Notes: generated by a model not told the origin, from the sequence alone. A DNA stretch of 63,943 nucleotides from Actinomycetales bacterium (GCA_015654575.1 JAATGR010000071.1:1-63943), one strand, 5' to 3'; shown: positions 1 to 10,095, counted from the first letter of the stretch. A program made the numbers and translations.

Positions 1-54
1 GTCGAGGACGGTTACTCGGTGTTCAAGCAGCGTCTCGACCTGCCGGTCTTCTGA
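1..54 (+). CDS. 3' end of an unidentified CDS entering the window
   Basis: Frame-1 reading VEDGYSVFKQRLDLPVF-stop; TGA 52-54 overlaps the next ATG (TGATG coupling). Confidence 0.55.
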   Translation, partial: VEDGYSVFKQRLDLPVF

Positions 55-989
55 TGGCGGGGAGCGAGCACGTGAACCTCGATCTCGAGCTGGGGCTCGA
101 CCTCGCCTGCCACGTCAACATCGTCGTCGCGGATGCAGCGCCCGACGTGCTCGCCCCCGTCCTCGCGGAACTGCGGGGGATGGGATACCGCAGGGCCGTG
201 CTCCCGCCGCTGGACACGGCGACGACGGATGCGGCGGCGCTGCGCCGCGTGTTCGAGGACGTCGATCTCTGCGTCATCGCGATGACCGGTCAGGCTCCCG
301 GCGCCGATGTGTCGTCCGCCGATGACGCGGAGCGGCGGGCGGGTGCTGCGGCGCTGCGCGCAGCCGTGGACTTCGCCGTCGACCTCGGCGCGGATCAGCT
401 CAACGGCGTGCCGTACGGACTGTTCGGACGGTCCCCCGGCGCCGTCGACGCGGCGGCGGTCGCGCGGGCCGCGGCCGAGGTCGGGGCGGTCGCGGACTAT
501 GCGGCCGATCGCGGCGTCACGATGGCCTTCGAGGTGCTCAACCGCTATGAGACCGCGGCGATCAACACGGCGGCCCAGGCGGTCGAGTTCGTCGACCTGA
601 GCGGATCCGACAACCTCCGCATCCATCTCGACACCTTCCACATGGCGGTCGAGGAGGCCGACATGTCGGCCGCGATCCGGCTGGCGATGCCGAAGCTGGG
701 CTATCTCGAGCTGGGACAGTCCGGCCGCGGCCTGCTCAGCACCGGCGCCGTCGACATCGCCCGCGTCGTGAACCAGGCGATCGACGACGGCTACACCGGC
801 CGGTGGGGGGTCGAGGCGTTCTCCCGGCCGCTGATCGGGGATGCGGCGGGCGACGCGCTGGCGATCTGGCGGGATCCGTTCGACGACGGACTCGAGCTCG
901 CGGGCGACGCCATCCGCGTCATCCGGCGCGGATGGGCCGACAGCGTCACCGGTCGCCGTGCGCGACGGCTGGCGCGACGGGACCGCTGA
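54..989 (+). CDS. Sugar phosphate isomerase/epimerase family TIM barrel (ketose 3-epimerase-like)
   Basis: Motifs FEVLNRYE, HLDTFHM and GVEAFS typical of the D-tagatose/D-psicose 3-epimerase family. Confidence 0.8.
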   Translation: MAGSEHVNLDLELGLDLACHVNIVVADAAPDVLAPVLAELRGMGYRRAVLPPLDTATTDAAALRRVFEDVDLCVIAMTGQAPGADVSSADDAERRAGAAALRAAVDFAVDLGADQLNGVPYGLFGRSPGAVDAAAVARAAAEVGAVADYAADRGVTMAFEVLNRYETAAINTAAQAVEFVDLSGSDNLRIHLDTFHMAVEEADMSAAIRLAMPKLGYLELGQSGRGLLSTGAVDIARVVNQAIDDGYTGRWGVEAFSRPLIGDAAGDALAIWRDPFDDGLELAGDAIRVIRRGWADSVTGRRARRLARRDR

Positions 990-1071
990 CGGGGCGGGGC
1001 TCGGGGTTCTCGCCTCGCCGAACCACACCGATGGGCACGATTTCCGTGACATCCTGCACGGTGGACGGGAA

Positions 1072-1878
1072 CTAGGCGTATTTCGTCATCGTGGCGCGTA
1101 CCGCGGAGAACGACGCCTCGACGTCGCCGACCATACCCGGGTGGGTGAACGCGTACGGGTCACCTGCGGCGATCGCGCGGAGAACGATCGCGCCGGCCTC
1201 GGCCGGTTCGATCCACAAATCTTCGTCCTGGATCTTCTGCGCGATGTCGAAGTCCACGAGTGCGCCCCCTGCGCCGGCCGGTCGGTTGCGCAGACTGTCC
1301 TTGATGTTGGTCCGCACCGCTCCCGGATGCAGCACGGTCACGCCGACGTCATGCTTAGCGGCGGCGAGCTCGCCTGCGAGGGTGAGGCTGAGACCTTCGA
1401 CGGCCGCTTTGCTCGCAACATACGGCGCGTATCCAGGAGGGGTGAAGAAACGCGACATCGAGGCGGTGTTGACGATCCATGCACCGTCCGGATTGGCGAT
1501 GAGACGAGGGAGGAAGGCGTGGATGCCGTGGATCACGCCCATGAGGTTGACCTCGAGTACCCACCGCCAATCCTCGAGCGTGAGGTCGACGGTGAGCCCC
1601 TTGGGCCCGACCCCGGCATTGTTCACGAGCAGGTCCACACGCCCGTAGTCGGCGAACACCTGCGTCGCGAGATCCTCGACGCTCTTGGCATCCGTTACGT
1701 CTGTCTCGATCCCGGTGTAGCCGTCTGCGCGCACCCGCTCGAGGGCGGCGACGTCGCGGTCCGCGACGACCACCGTGGCGCCAGCCTGAGTCAGCGCGTC
1801 CGAGATCCCTCTCCCGATGCCGCTCGCGCCGCCTGTGACGACGGCGACACGCCCGTCCCACTCACTGATGCCCTCCAT
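1072..1878 (-). CDS. SDR family oxidoreductase
   Basis: TGGASGIG, NNAG and YVASK motifs; RBS AAGGAGG upstream. Confidence 0.9.
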   Translation of the reverse strand: MEGISEWDGRVAVVTGGASGIGRGISDALTQAGATVVVADRDVAALERVRADGYTGIETDVTDAKSVEDLATQVFADYGRVDLLVNNAGVGPKGLTVDLTLEDWRWVLEVNLMGVIHGIHAFLPRLIANPDGAWIVNTASMSRFFTPPGYAPYVASKAAVEGLSLTLAGELAAAKHDVGVTVLHPGAVRTNIKDSLRNRPAGAGGALVDFDIAQKIQDEDLWIEPAEAGAIVLRAIAAGDPYAFTHPGMVGDVEASFSAVRATMTKYA

Positions 1879-1946
1879 TGGACCTCCTTTATTGAGTGAC
1901 CGTCTTTATGACGATCTCAGTCTCCCGTGTCGAGGCGCCCTGTCGG

Positions 1947-1984
1947 GTCTCACTTTGCATCACGCAGCCGTCTCAACCTGATAG
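1947..1984. promoter_or_regulatory. Two degenerate GTCTCA-N3-TGAGAC operator copies in the divergent SDR/LLM promoter
   Basis: GTCTCActtTGCATC 1947-1961 and GTCTCAaccTGATAG 1970-1984; TAGCGT -10-like hexamer at 2007-2012. Confidence 0.55.
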
Positions 1985-2080
1985 CTCGGTCACCCCGCGC
2001 GCTTCTTAGCGTGGAAGAACGCATCGGATGTCGTATGCGCGCTTGAGCGCGCGGATCCACGACTCGGCAAAGGAGCAGAC

Positions 2081-3187
2081 ATGCATATCGGACTGAATTT
2101 CGGATTCGGCCGGCTGGACCCTACGGTGAGCGATCACGAGGTTTATCGCGGCGAGACGGAGCTGGCGGTTGCGGCTGAGCAACTCGGCTACGACAGCGTC
2201 TGGGCGGTCGAGCACCACTTCAGCGACTACGCGTTTTGCCCCGACAACCTGTTGTGGCTAGCCCACGTCGCCGCGCGAACGCGGCGCATCGGGCTCGGCA
2301 CGGGCGCGGTGATCCTGCCCTGGAACACGCAGCCGCTGCGTGTCGCCGAGAAGCTGCTCATGCTCGACCAACTCAGCGACGGCCGAGCGATCTTTGGCAT
2401 GGGGCGCGGTCTCTCACGAAAGGAGTTCGTCCCCTTCGGTATCCCGCTGGACGAGACCCGCGAGAGATTCGACGAATCATCCAAGATGATCATCGACGCG
2501 ATCGAGACGGGCGTGATCGAGGGCGACGGGCCGTTCTATCCGCAGCAGCGGACCGTCCTGAAGCCCGGCCCGTACTCGAGCTGGAAGGACCGTTTATACA
2601 CCGTCGCTGGATCGCACGACTCGATGGTCTCGGGGGTCAACAACCGTTGCCGATTGATGTCGTTCATCCTGCGCCCGGTCGACAAGATGAAGCCGACCTT
2701 CGACGCGTACCTCGAGCTGTACCGCGAGACGTGGGAAGAGGAGCCGCATCCGGTGTGTCTCAACGTCGCGATGTATTGCCACGAGGACGAGCAGGTTGCC
2801 GTCGACGGCATGTACGAGTACGTGGGCAATTTCTTCGAGGCGAATGTCACCCACTACGAGATGGACGGTGTGCACTTCGCGAACACCAAGGGCTACGAGC
2901 GCTATAGCGACAACGCGGCCCTTATCCGTGAGAAGGGCGTGAGTAAGGCGGGTAAGGACTATGCGGATGCCACGCTGTACGGCACTCCGCGAATGATTCT
3001 CGACAAACTCGTGTGGATCCAGGAGCAATTGGGGGCCTACGAACTGATCCTGCAGCCGTCGTTCGGGGGGATGACCTACGAGACCGCGCGCAAGAGCATC
3101 GAGCTATTCGCCACCGAGGTGGCGCCGAAAGCGCGGCAGCACTATGAGGCCACCGTCGCGCAGCCGGAAGGTGCCGTCTCACGTTGA
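2081..3187 (+). CDS. Luciferase-like (LLM class) flavin-dependent oxidoreductase, copy 1
   Basis: GYDSVWAVEHHF, IGLGTGAVILPW and FGMGRG motifs; RBS AAGGAG. Confidence 0.9.
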   Translation: MHIGLNFGFGRLDPTVSDHEVYRGETELAVAAEQLGYDSVWAVEHHFSDYAFCPDNLLWLAHVAARTRRIGLGTGAVILPWNTQPLRVAEKLLMLDQLSDGRAIFGMGRGLSRKEFVPFGIPLDETRERFDESSKMIIDAIETGVIEGDGPFYPQQRTVLKPGPYSSWKDRLYTVAGSHDSMVSGVNNRCRLMSFILRPVDKMKPTFDAYLELYRETWEEEPHPVCLNVAMYCHEDEQVAVDGMYEYVGNFFEANVTHYEMDGVHFANTKGYERYSDNAALIREKGVSKAGKDYADATLYGTPRMILDKLVWIQEQLGAYELILQPSFGGMTYETARKSIELFATEVAPKARQHYEATVAQPEGAVSR

Positions 3188-3190
3188 CAC
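3176..3190. promoter_or_regulatory. Operator palindrome upstream of LLM copy 2
   Basis: GTCTCAcgtTGACAC; TAGCGT at 3214-3219. Confidence 0.6.
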
Positions 3191-3285
3191 GTGGACCCGG
3201 GGACCCGCCTGATTAGCGTGGTCCCCACTCCCCGGGGAGCCGGCCGACGCCGACTCCCGACCGAGAATGCGAAGGAGCATTGAGG

Positions 3286-4383
3286 ATGCACATCGGAGTG
3301 AACCTGGGCTTCGGACGATTCGACACGTCCGTCTCAGAGCGCGACATCGTGAAGGGTGAGACCGAGCTTGCCGTCCTGTCGGAGCCGCTTGGATACGACA
3401 GCATATGGGCCGTCGAGCACCACTTCACGGACTACTCGTTCATGCCCGACAACCTTCAGTGGCTGTCGTATGTCGCGGCGAAGACCGAGAGGATCGGTCT
3501 GGGCACCGGCGCGGTGATCCTGCCCTGGAACGACCCGCTGCGGGTCGCGGAGAAACTCCTACTGCTGGACAACCTGTCCGACGGGCGTGCGATCTTCGGA
3601 ATGGGTCGCGGCGTCGCTCGAGTCGAGTTCGAGGGCCTACGCATCCCCGTGGGGGAATCGCGCGAGCGCATAGACGAGATGGTGCCGATGATCATCCAGG
3701 CGCTGGAGACCGGATTCATCGAGGGCAACGGCCCGTACTACGCACAGCCGCTGCGCCAGCTCAAGCCGGGGCCGATCCGCACCTTCGCCGACCGCATGTA
3801 CACCGTCGCCGGCTCGGAAGACTCGATCATCGCCGCGGTGAAGAACCGGGTGAGCGTCATGTCGTTCATTCTGCGGCCGGTCGACAAGCTCATCGATACC
3901 TTCGACATCTACAACAAGTTGTGGCGTGAGACCTGGGACGACGAGCCCCAGCCGATCTGCATCAACGCGAACATGTACTGTCACGAGGACGGCGACCTCG
4001 CCAAGGCCCGGATGTACGAGTATCTGGGCAACTTCTGGCACCAGAACGTCGAGCACTACGAGTTCCTCGGCGGGCACTTCGCCTCCCAGAAGGGCTACGA
4101 GCGCTACGCCGAGAAGGCAAAGTCGCTGCGTGAGCGCGGCGTTGAAAAGGCCGGTCAGGACTACGCGGATGCCGCCTTGTCTGGCACGCCCGAGCAGCTC
4201 ATCGCCAAGCTCGCCTGGATCCAGGACATCTTGGGTCAGTACGAACTGGTCGTCGCCCCCTGCTTTGGCGGGATGCCGCACGCAATGGCCGAGGAGAGCC
4301 TGCGGCTGTTCGCCGAGAAGGTGATGCCGACCGCGCGCAGCGCCTACGATGCCCGAGTCGCCGCCGGCGAGAAGGCGCGATGA
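3286..4383 (+). CDS. Luciferase-like (LLM class) flavin-dependent oxidoreductase, copy 2
   Basis: Same motifs and colinear with 2081-3187; both begin MHIG. Alternative TTG start at 3280. Confidence 0.9.
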   Translation: MHIGVNLGFGRFDTSVSERDIVKGETELAVLSEPLGYDSIWAVEHHFTDYSFMPDNLQWLSYVAAKTERIGLGTGAVILPWNDPLRVAEKLLLLDNLSDGRAIFGMGRGVARVEFEGLRIPVGESRERIDEMVPMIIQALETGFIEGNGPYYAQPLRQLKPGPIRTFADRMYTVAGSEDSIIAAVKNRVSVMSFILRPVDKLIDTFDIYNKLWRETWDDEPQPICINANMYCHEDGDLAKARMYEYLGNFWHQNVEHYEFLGGHFASQKGYERYAEKAKSLRERGVEKAGQDYADAALSGTPEQLIAKLAWIQDILGQYELVVAPCFGGMPHAMAEESLRLFAEKVMPTARSAYDARVAAGEKAR

Positions 4384-4401
4384 GCGCTCGGGATCACGCA
4401 G

Positions 4402-6147
4402 ATGACTGAACCGATCACTGGTGCAACGCGCCGATTCGTCGATGCCGGCGTCCCGATGGCGACCCGCGACGGCGTCACGCTGAGAGCCGTCGTGCACCGG
4501 ATCGCGGATCGCGAGCGGCAGCCGATCGTGCTCGTACGCAACCCGTATGGTGAGCCACTCACCCGCAACCTGCCGATCTGGGCGTTCCTGGACGCCGGGT
4601 TCGCGGTGGTCATCCAAGACTGCCGCGGCACCGGTGACTCGGACGGTGTCTTCGTGCCTTTCGAAGGAGAGTCTGTCGATACGGTGGATGCCGTCCGATG
4701 GTGCGCGCAGCTGCCGTACTCGGACGGGCACGTCGTCACCTACGGCGCCTCGTACTCGGGCATGGTACAGCTGGCCGCTGCGGTCGAGCGGCCCGATGGG
4801 CTGGTCGGCATCGTGCCGGTCGTCGCACCCGACGATTACCAAACGCGGCTCGCCTACCGAGGCGGGGCGTTTCAGCTGGGACAGCTGACCGGCTGGTACA
4901 CGATGAAGACGCTGCAGACACTCCTTTATCGGGCACGGCATGGCGAGGACGTCGGGCACTTGCTTGCGGGTTTCGCCGCACACGCCCGTGACCCGTGGCG
5001 CTTCGTTGGCACGGGCGCGGTAGCGGACGCGCCCGTGCTCAGTGACGTGCTGCCCACCTGGCGGCGCTGGACGGCGCACGACGAAACGGGCGACTACTGG
5101 CCGGCCTTCAGCTACCGCGACCGCCGCGACGCGATCAACGTGCCGGGACTGCACATCGGAGGTTGGTTCGACCTGTTTCTTGGCGGCACCCTCGCTAACT
5201 TCACTGAGCTGCAGGCCCGCGCCGCGACCCCGCGCGCGCGGGAGGGGCAGCGGCTGGTCATCGGGCCCTGGCAGCACGTCGACCAGTCGGGCACCGTCGG
5301 CGACCTGAGCTTTGGCGCCGCTGCGTCGGCGGCCGGCATCGGCCTGGAAGCCGCGGTCGCCGCATTCGCTCACGCCGCCGCGACCGGCGCGGAGATCCCC
5401 GGCCCACCCGTCCGCATCTACGTCATGCGGGCCGGCAGGTGGCGCGACGCCGAGCAGTGGCCCGTTCCCGGTACCCGCTTCACCCCCTGGTACCTACAGC
5501 CGGGCGGCCGGCTGGCGACGACCGAGCCGGATGTGGCCCACAGCGAGTCCATGTACGTGCACGATCCCGCGGATCCGGTCCCGATGCGTGGCGGCCAGTC
5601 CGGAATCTTCGCCGGCGGCCTCGACGGGGGCGCTGAGTGGGGACCGGGCCCGCGCGACCAACGTCCGCTCGACGACCGCGACGACATCCTCCGCTTCACG
5701 AGCGAGCCGCTGGATGCGGATATTGAGGTCACCGGGCCGGTCACGGCAGTGCTGCACGCGGCCACGACCGCCGCTGACGCGGACTTCGTTGCGCGCTTGG
5801 TCGACGTCTTTCCGGACGGGCGGGCGATCGGCATCATCGACGGCATCGTCCGGGCCAAATTCCGTCAAGGGCAGGACCGCGCCGAGCCTGTCCCGGCGGG
5901 CGAACTCTCTGAGCTCCGGATCGACCTCTGGGCGACCAGCTGGCTGTTCGGCGCCGGCCACCGTATCCGCGTAGACATTGCCAGTTCCTCCTTCCCCAAC
6001 TGGGACGTCAACGGAGGTAGCGTCGGCAACAATGCCCAGGTAGCCCCGGCCGACCGGATCGCCGCGACTCAGCGTGTACGTCACGATCGGGTGCACCCCT
6101 CACATATCGTCCTCCCGGTCGTTCCCCTTCCTACCCCGACCCCCTGA
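4402..6147 (+). CDS. CocE/NonD family serine hydrolase (cocaine esterase-like)
   Basis: VRNPYG, nucleophile GASYSG, GWFD and GPWQH triad motifs, plus C-terminal jelly-roll with RIRVDIASSSFP. Confidence 0.9.
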   Translation: MTEPITGATRRFVDAGVPMATRDGVTLRAVVHRIADRERQPIVLVRNPYGEPLTRNLPIWAFLDAGFAVVIQDCRGTGDSDGVFVPFEGESVDTVDAVRWCAQLPYSDGHVVTYGASYSGMVQLAAAVERPDGLVGIVPVVAPDDYQTRLAYRGGAFQLGQLTGWYTMKTLQTLLYRARHGEDVGHLLAGFAAHARDPWRFVGTGAVADAPVLSDVLPTWRRWTAHDETGDYWPAFSYRDRRDAINVPGLHIGGWFDLFLGGTLANFTELQARAATPRAREGQRLVIGPWQHVDQSGTVGDLSFGAAASAAGIGLEAAVAAFAHAAATGAEIPGPPVRIYVMRAGRWRDAEQWPVPGTRFTPWYLQPGGRLATTEPDVAHSESMYVHDPADPVPMRGGQSGIFAGGLDGGAEWGPGPRDQRPLDDRDDILRFTSEPLDADIEVTGPVTAVLHAATTAADADFVARLVDVFPDGRAIGIIDGIVRAKFRQGQDRAEPVPAGELSELRIDLWATSWLFGAGHRIRVDIASSSFPNWDVNGGSVGNNAQVAPADRIAATQRVRHDRVHPSHIVLPVVPLPTPTP

Positions 6148-6200
6148 GGGTGCGGCCGAGTGCCTCCCCCCACCCCACACACACAGCAAGGAGATCTTCG

Positions 6201-7499
6201 ATGAAGAAGACACGCACTGCCGGCTGGATCGCGCTCGTCGCGGTCTCCGGACTCGCTCTCAGCGCCTGCGCCGGCACCCCGTCGGGCGGCGGTGGCACCG
6301 GAGCAGCGGCCGCCGACGGCACGCTCATCGGCGGCCCAGGCGTCGACATCGACGCGAAGACCATCGAGGTTGGCGCGCTCGTGCCCGTGTCGGGCGTATT
6401 CGCCGGCGCTATCACGAACATCGAAGGTCTGCAGGCCGCGTTCCACCGGGCGACCGAGCCTGGAGGGGACCTCGAGGGCTGGACCGTCGATGTCGTCAAC
6501 CAGGACACGAAGTACGATGCCGCCACCGCGATCCCGCTCTACGAGGGCTTCAAGGACGACGTCGCGATGATCTCGGTCATCCTTGGTTCGAACATCATCG
6601 ACGCGCTGCTGCCGTCGATCGAGACCGACGACATGACACTCATCCCCGGTGGCACCACTCCGAACCTGCAGTTCGAGGATCACGTCGTGCCGAGTCTGCC
6701 GCTCACGAGTGCCCACGCATCCAGCCTCATCCCGTATGTGGTCGAGAACTACGACAAGCAGGATGCGACCTTCTGCTCGCTCACGCAGGAGGACACCCTG
6801 GGCAAGTACGTCACCGAGAACTTCGAGTTCACGCTCGACGAGCTGGGACTGACCAAGGGCGTCGAGACGACCTTCGCGCCTAACGCCGACCAGCTGACCG
6901 CGCAGATCAGCGCTCTCAAAGATGCCGGGTGCGACGTCGTGATGACTGGCGGCACCGGGGCCTTCCTCCAGACTCTCGCTGTGCAGGCATCGCAGCAGGA
7001 CTACTCCCCGCTTGTGCTCGCTGGTAACTCGGCCTACAGCATCACGTTGGCTACTGGGCCCGGCGCCGACTGGCTTGCCGAGAACGCGATCATCTCGGTA
7101 CCCGGCGATGAGTGGCTGGGCACGAACTCACCCGGTCAAGCGATGATGATCGAGGATCTCACAGCGATCAACCCCGACTTCGTGCCGACCGCCAACGCGC
7201 ACCTCACCGGCTACGTGAACGGTCTGCTCACCGCGAAGATCCTCGCCCAGGCGATCTCGGACGGAGATCTGAGCCGCGCGGGCATCGCCAAGGCCGCCAG
7301 CGAAATAGGAACGTGGACGGACGAGCTCGGTCTCACCGGTGGCGACGTTGTGATCGGGACGACGGCGGCGGGCAATGTACCGCCGAGCAAGCTGTCGATG
7401 TTCCGCATCGATGCTTCGGTTCCCACTGGTCTGAAACTGGAGAAGTATTACTACGAATCGAAGGTGACCGACGACTACATCGCGTCGATCCGACCCTGA
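6201..7499 (+). CDS. ABC transporter substrate-binding lipoprotein (Liv/HAAT type), copy 1
   Basis: Signal peptide with lipobox LSAC, RBS AAGGAG, followed by LivFGHM-like genes. Confidence 0.85.
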   Translation: MKKTRTAGWIALVAVSGLALSACAGTPSGGGGTGAAAADGTLIGGPGVDIDAKTIEVGALVPVSGVFAGAITNIEGLQAAFHRATEPGGDLEGWTVDVVNQDTKYDAATAIPLYEGFKDDVAMISVILGSNIIDALLPSIETDDMTLIPGGTTPNLQFEDHVVPSLPLTSAHASSLIPYVVENYDKQDATFCSLTQEDTLGKYVTENFEFTLDELGLTKGVETTFAPNADQLTAQISALKDAGCDVVMTGGTGAFLQTLAVQASQQDYSPLVLAGNSAYSITLATGPGADWLAENAIISVPGDEWLGTNSPGQAMMIEDLTAINPDFVPTANAHLTGYVNGLLTAKILAQAISDGDLSRAGIAKAASEIGTWTDELGLTGGDVVIGTTAAGNVPPSKLSMFRIDASVPTGLKLEKYYYESKVTDDYIASIRP

Positions 7500-7507
7500 C
7501 TCCGCTC

Positions 7508-7534
7508 GGGTGGCGGGGGATGCCCCCGCCACCC
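7508..7534 (+). terminator. GC-rich stem-loop after the binding-protein gene (attenuator or mRNA stabiliser)
   Basis: GGGTGGCGGGGG-atg-CCCCCGCCACCC, perfect 12-bp stem; no U-tract. Confidence 0.55.
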
Positions 7535-7570
7535 ACCGACCCCCGTTCACCGGCGCACGAGGAGGTGCCC

Positions 7571-8395
7571 GTGTCCATTGACCGCACAGGGAGTGGTTCC
7601 GCCCGACCCCTGCTCGAACTCATCGACGTTTCCGTCAGCTACTCCGGCGGGGCTGTGCGTGCCCTGCAGGACGTCCAGCTGACGGTGCACGAGGGCCAGA
7701 TCGTCGTGCTGCTGGGTGTCAACGGCGCCGGTAAGACGACGACCCTCTCAGCCATATCCGGGCTGCTGCCTTACACGGGCGGATCCCTCGATTCCGGGGC
7801 GGTGCTGTTCGCCGGGCAAGATCTGAAAGGGCGAAACCCGGCCGCCCGGGTGCAGCGCGGTATCTCGATGGTCATGGAGGGCCGCCGGGTCTTCCCTGAC
7901 CTCACAGTCGATGAGAACCTGACCGCCGGTGGCTTCACTCGCACCCGTGCCGAGACCGCGCAGACACGCGCGCAGATCCTCGAGATGTTCCCGATCCTCG
8001 CGCAGCGGCGGCGACAGTTGGCCGGATTGATGTCCGGCGGCGAGCAGCAGATGCTCGCCATCGGACGTGCACTCATGCAGCGTCCCACCCTGCTCATGCT
8101 CGACGAACCATCACTCGGTCTTGCTCCACTGATCGTGGAGCAGATCAAGAACTACATCGTGGATATCAACCGGCAGGGCACGAGCGTGTTGCTCATCGAG
8201 CAGAACGCCGCTGTGGCGCTCGCGATCGCCGACTACGCGTACGTTCTGGACGGCAAGACCGTGGCGCGGCAGGGCACGGGGGCCGAGCTATTGGCCGACT
8301 CGTCGGTGCAGGAGCTCTACCTCGGCGTCGCCGCCGATGGGCGCCGCTCGTTCCGTGCAGCGCACGACGAACGACGAAAAGGAGCGACCTCGTGA
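7571..8395 (+). CDS. ABC transporter ATP-binding protein (LivF-like)
   Basis: GVNGAGKT, MSGGEQQML and LDEPSLGLAP; GTG after GGAGG. Confidence 0.9.
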   Translation: MSIDRTGSGSARPLLELIDVSVSYSGGAVRALQDVQLTVHEGQIVVLLGVNGAGKTTTLSAISGLLPYTGGSLDSGAVLFAGQDLKGRNPAARVQRGISMVMEGRRVFPDLTVDENLTAGGFTRTRAETAQTRAQILEMFPILAQRRRQLAGLMSGGEQQMLAIGRALMQRPTLLMLDEPSLGLAPLIVEQIKNYIVDINRQGTSVLLIEQNAAVALAIADYAYVLDGKTVARQGTGAELLADSSVQELYLGVAADGRRSFRAAHDERRKGATS

Positions 8396-9189
8396 CCGGA
8401 CCGCTGCTGCACGCTACCGATGTCACCGTACGGTTCGGGGGGGTGACCGCTGTTGATGCGGTGAGCTTCGATGTCGCCCGGGGCGAGTTCTTCGCCATTA
8501 TCGGACCGAACGGCGCGGGAAAGACGACCCTGTTCAACTGCCTGAGTGGTCTGGTGAAGTACTCCGGCGAGATCGAGTTCGCTGGCACCCGTATCACCGG
8601 CCGACGCGCCGACCAGATTGCGCAAGTGGGTATCGCCCGCACCTTCCAGAACCTCGGGCTGTTCTCGAGCATGACTGTGCTGGAGAACGTGCTCGTGGGG
8701 CGCGCCAGCAAGATCACCGCCGGTATCCCGGCGGGGCTCGTCTGGTACGGCAAGGCCCGCAGGCAGGACATCGACGCTCGGGAGCACGCCTACGAGGTGC
8801 TCAACGTCTTGGGGCTCACCGCGCTTGCGCACACGCCTATCAAGAGCCTCCCGTACGGTACGCGCAAGCGGGTCGAGCTGGCGAAGGCGGCCGTCGTTAC
8901 TCCGCAACTGCTGCTGCTGGACGAGCCGGTCGCCGGTCTCAACCACGCCGAGACCGAGGAACTCATCGCGGCCGTGCTTGATCTGAAGGATGCGATGGAC
9001 TTGACGATCGTGCTCATCGAGCACGATACGTTCCTCGTCATGGACGTGGCCGACCGCATCCTCGCCCTGAACTTCGGCCAGTCGATCGGGCTAGGCACTC
9101 CCGCCGAGATCCAGGCGAATCCCCGGGTCGTCGAGGCCTACCTCGGCGCCTCCGACGCATCGACTTCGACCTCAGGGAGCGCCCGCTGA
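8392..9189 (+). CDS. ABC transporter ATP-binding protein (LivG-like)
   Basis: GPNGAGKT, ARTFQN, LPYG and LDEPVAG; GTGA overlap. Confidence 0.9.
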   Translation: MTGPLLHATDVTVRFGGVTAVDAVSFDVARGEFFAIIGPNGAGKTTLFNCLSGLVKYSGEIEFAGTRITGRRADQIAQVGIARTFQNLGLFSSMTVLENVLVGRASKITAGIPAGLVWYGKARRQDIDAREHAYEVLNVLGLTALAHTPIKSLPYGTRKRVELAKAAVVTPQLLLLDEPVAGLNHAETEELIAAVLDLKDAMDLTIVLIEHDTFLVMDVADRILALNFGQSIGLGTPAEIQANPRVVEAYLGASDASTSTSGSAR

Positions 9190-10094
9190 TGGACACCTTC
9201 GTGCAGATCCTCCTCTCCGGCATCGCGCTGGGTTTCTTGTACGCGCTCGTCTCGCTGAGTTTCGTCGTGCTGCTCAAGGCGACCGGCCACTTCAACCTCC
9301 TGCCCGGATCGTTCGTGCTCCTGGGCGCTTACTCGCTGTATCAGCTGCATGCGAATATGGGGCTGAACTTCTGGTTCGCACTGGTGCTGGCGATCGTCAT
9401 CATCGCCGCGCTCGGCCTCGTCATTCACTACGTCGTCTTCCAGCGCATCGATCGCCGCGCCGAGCAGCACGCCGCGGGGTTGGCGATCCTACTGGTGACC
9501 ATCGGACTGCTCAGCCTCAGCCAGGCCACCGCGGTTTCCAGCTGGGGTGCCGAGGTGCTACTGCTCGGCGACCCGTGGGGGCTGGACACTCTCCCTCTGG
9601 GCGGTGTATCGGTCTCGGTACGCGACGTGTGGGTGATCGTATTGAGTTTGATCGTGCTGGCCGTATTCTGGCTCGTCATACAGCACACCCGCGTCGGCGT
9701 CGGGATGCGTGCGCTCGCCAGCGATCACCAGGCCGCCTTCGTGCAGGGCATCAGCCCCCGTGCGGTCGCGCCCTATGCCTGGCTGATGAGCGCGGGGGCC
9801 GCGGTGACGGCCGGCGTGCTCATGGCGACGGAGGCCGGCGGCGGGCTGCGCCCCACCCTCGACGTCGTCGCCTTCACGGCGCTGCCCGCGTTGATCCTCG
9901 GGGGCATCCGATCGCTGCCTGGATGCGTGGCCGGCGGCCTCGTGCTCGGTGTGCTGCAGCAACTCGCGGCGGGATATGCGCCGGCCGCGCTCGGTCAGCA
10001 GTTCTCGACGGTGCTGCCGTGGATCATCATGATCGTCGTTCTTCTCGTCCGTCCACGTGGCCTGTTCGCCACCCGTGAGTTCCGGAGGGCTTGA
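9189..10094 (+). CDS. ABC transporter permease (LivH-like)
   Basis: Hydrophobic; GVGMRALASD and ILGG motifs; TGATG coupling. Confidence 0.9.
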   Translation: MDTFVQILLSGIALGFLYALVSLSFVVLLKATGHFNLLPGSFVLLGAYSLYQLHANMGLNFWFALVLAIVIIAALGLVIHYVVFQRIDRRAEQHAAGLAILLVTIGLLSLSQATAVSSWGAEVLLLGDPWGLDTLPLGGVSVSVRDVWVIVLSLIVLAVFWLVIQHTRVGVGMRALASDHQAAFVQGISPRAVAPYAWLMSAGAAVTAGVLMATEAGGGLRPTLDVVAFTALPALILGGIRSLPGCVAGGLVLGVLQQLAAGYAPAALGQQFSTVLPWIIMIVVLLVRPRGLFATREFRRA

Positions 10095-10095
10095 C

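Noticed and set aside
2081-4383. Bioluminescence luxAB
   Set aside because: No luxCDE genes; the fold is shared by many catabolic monooxygenases.
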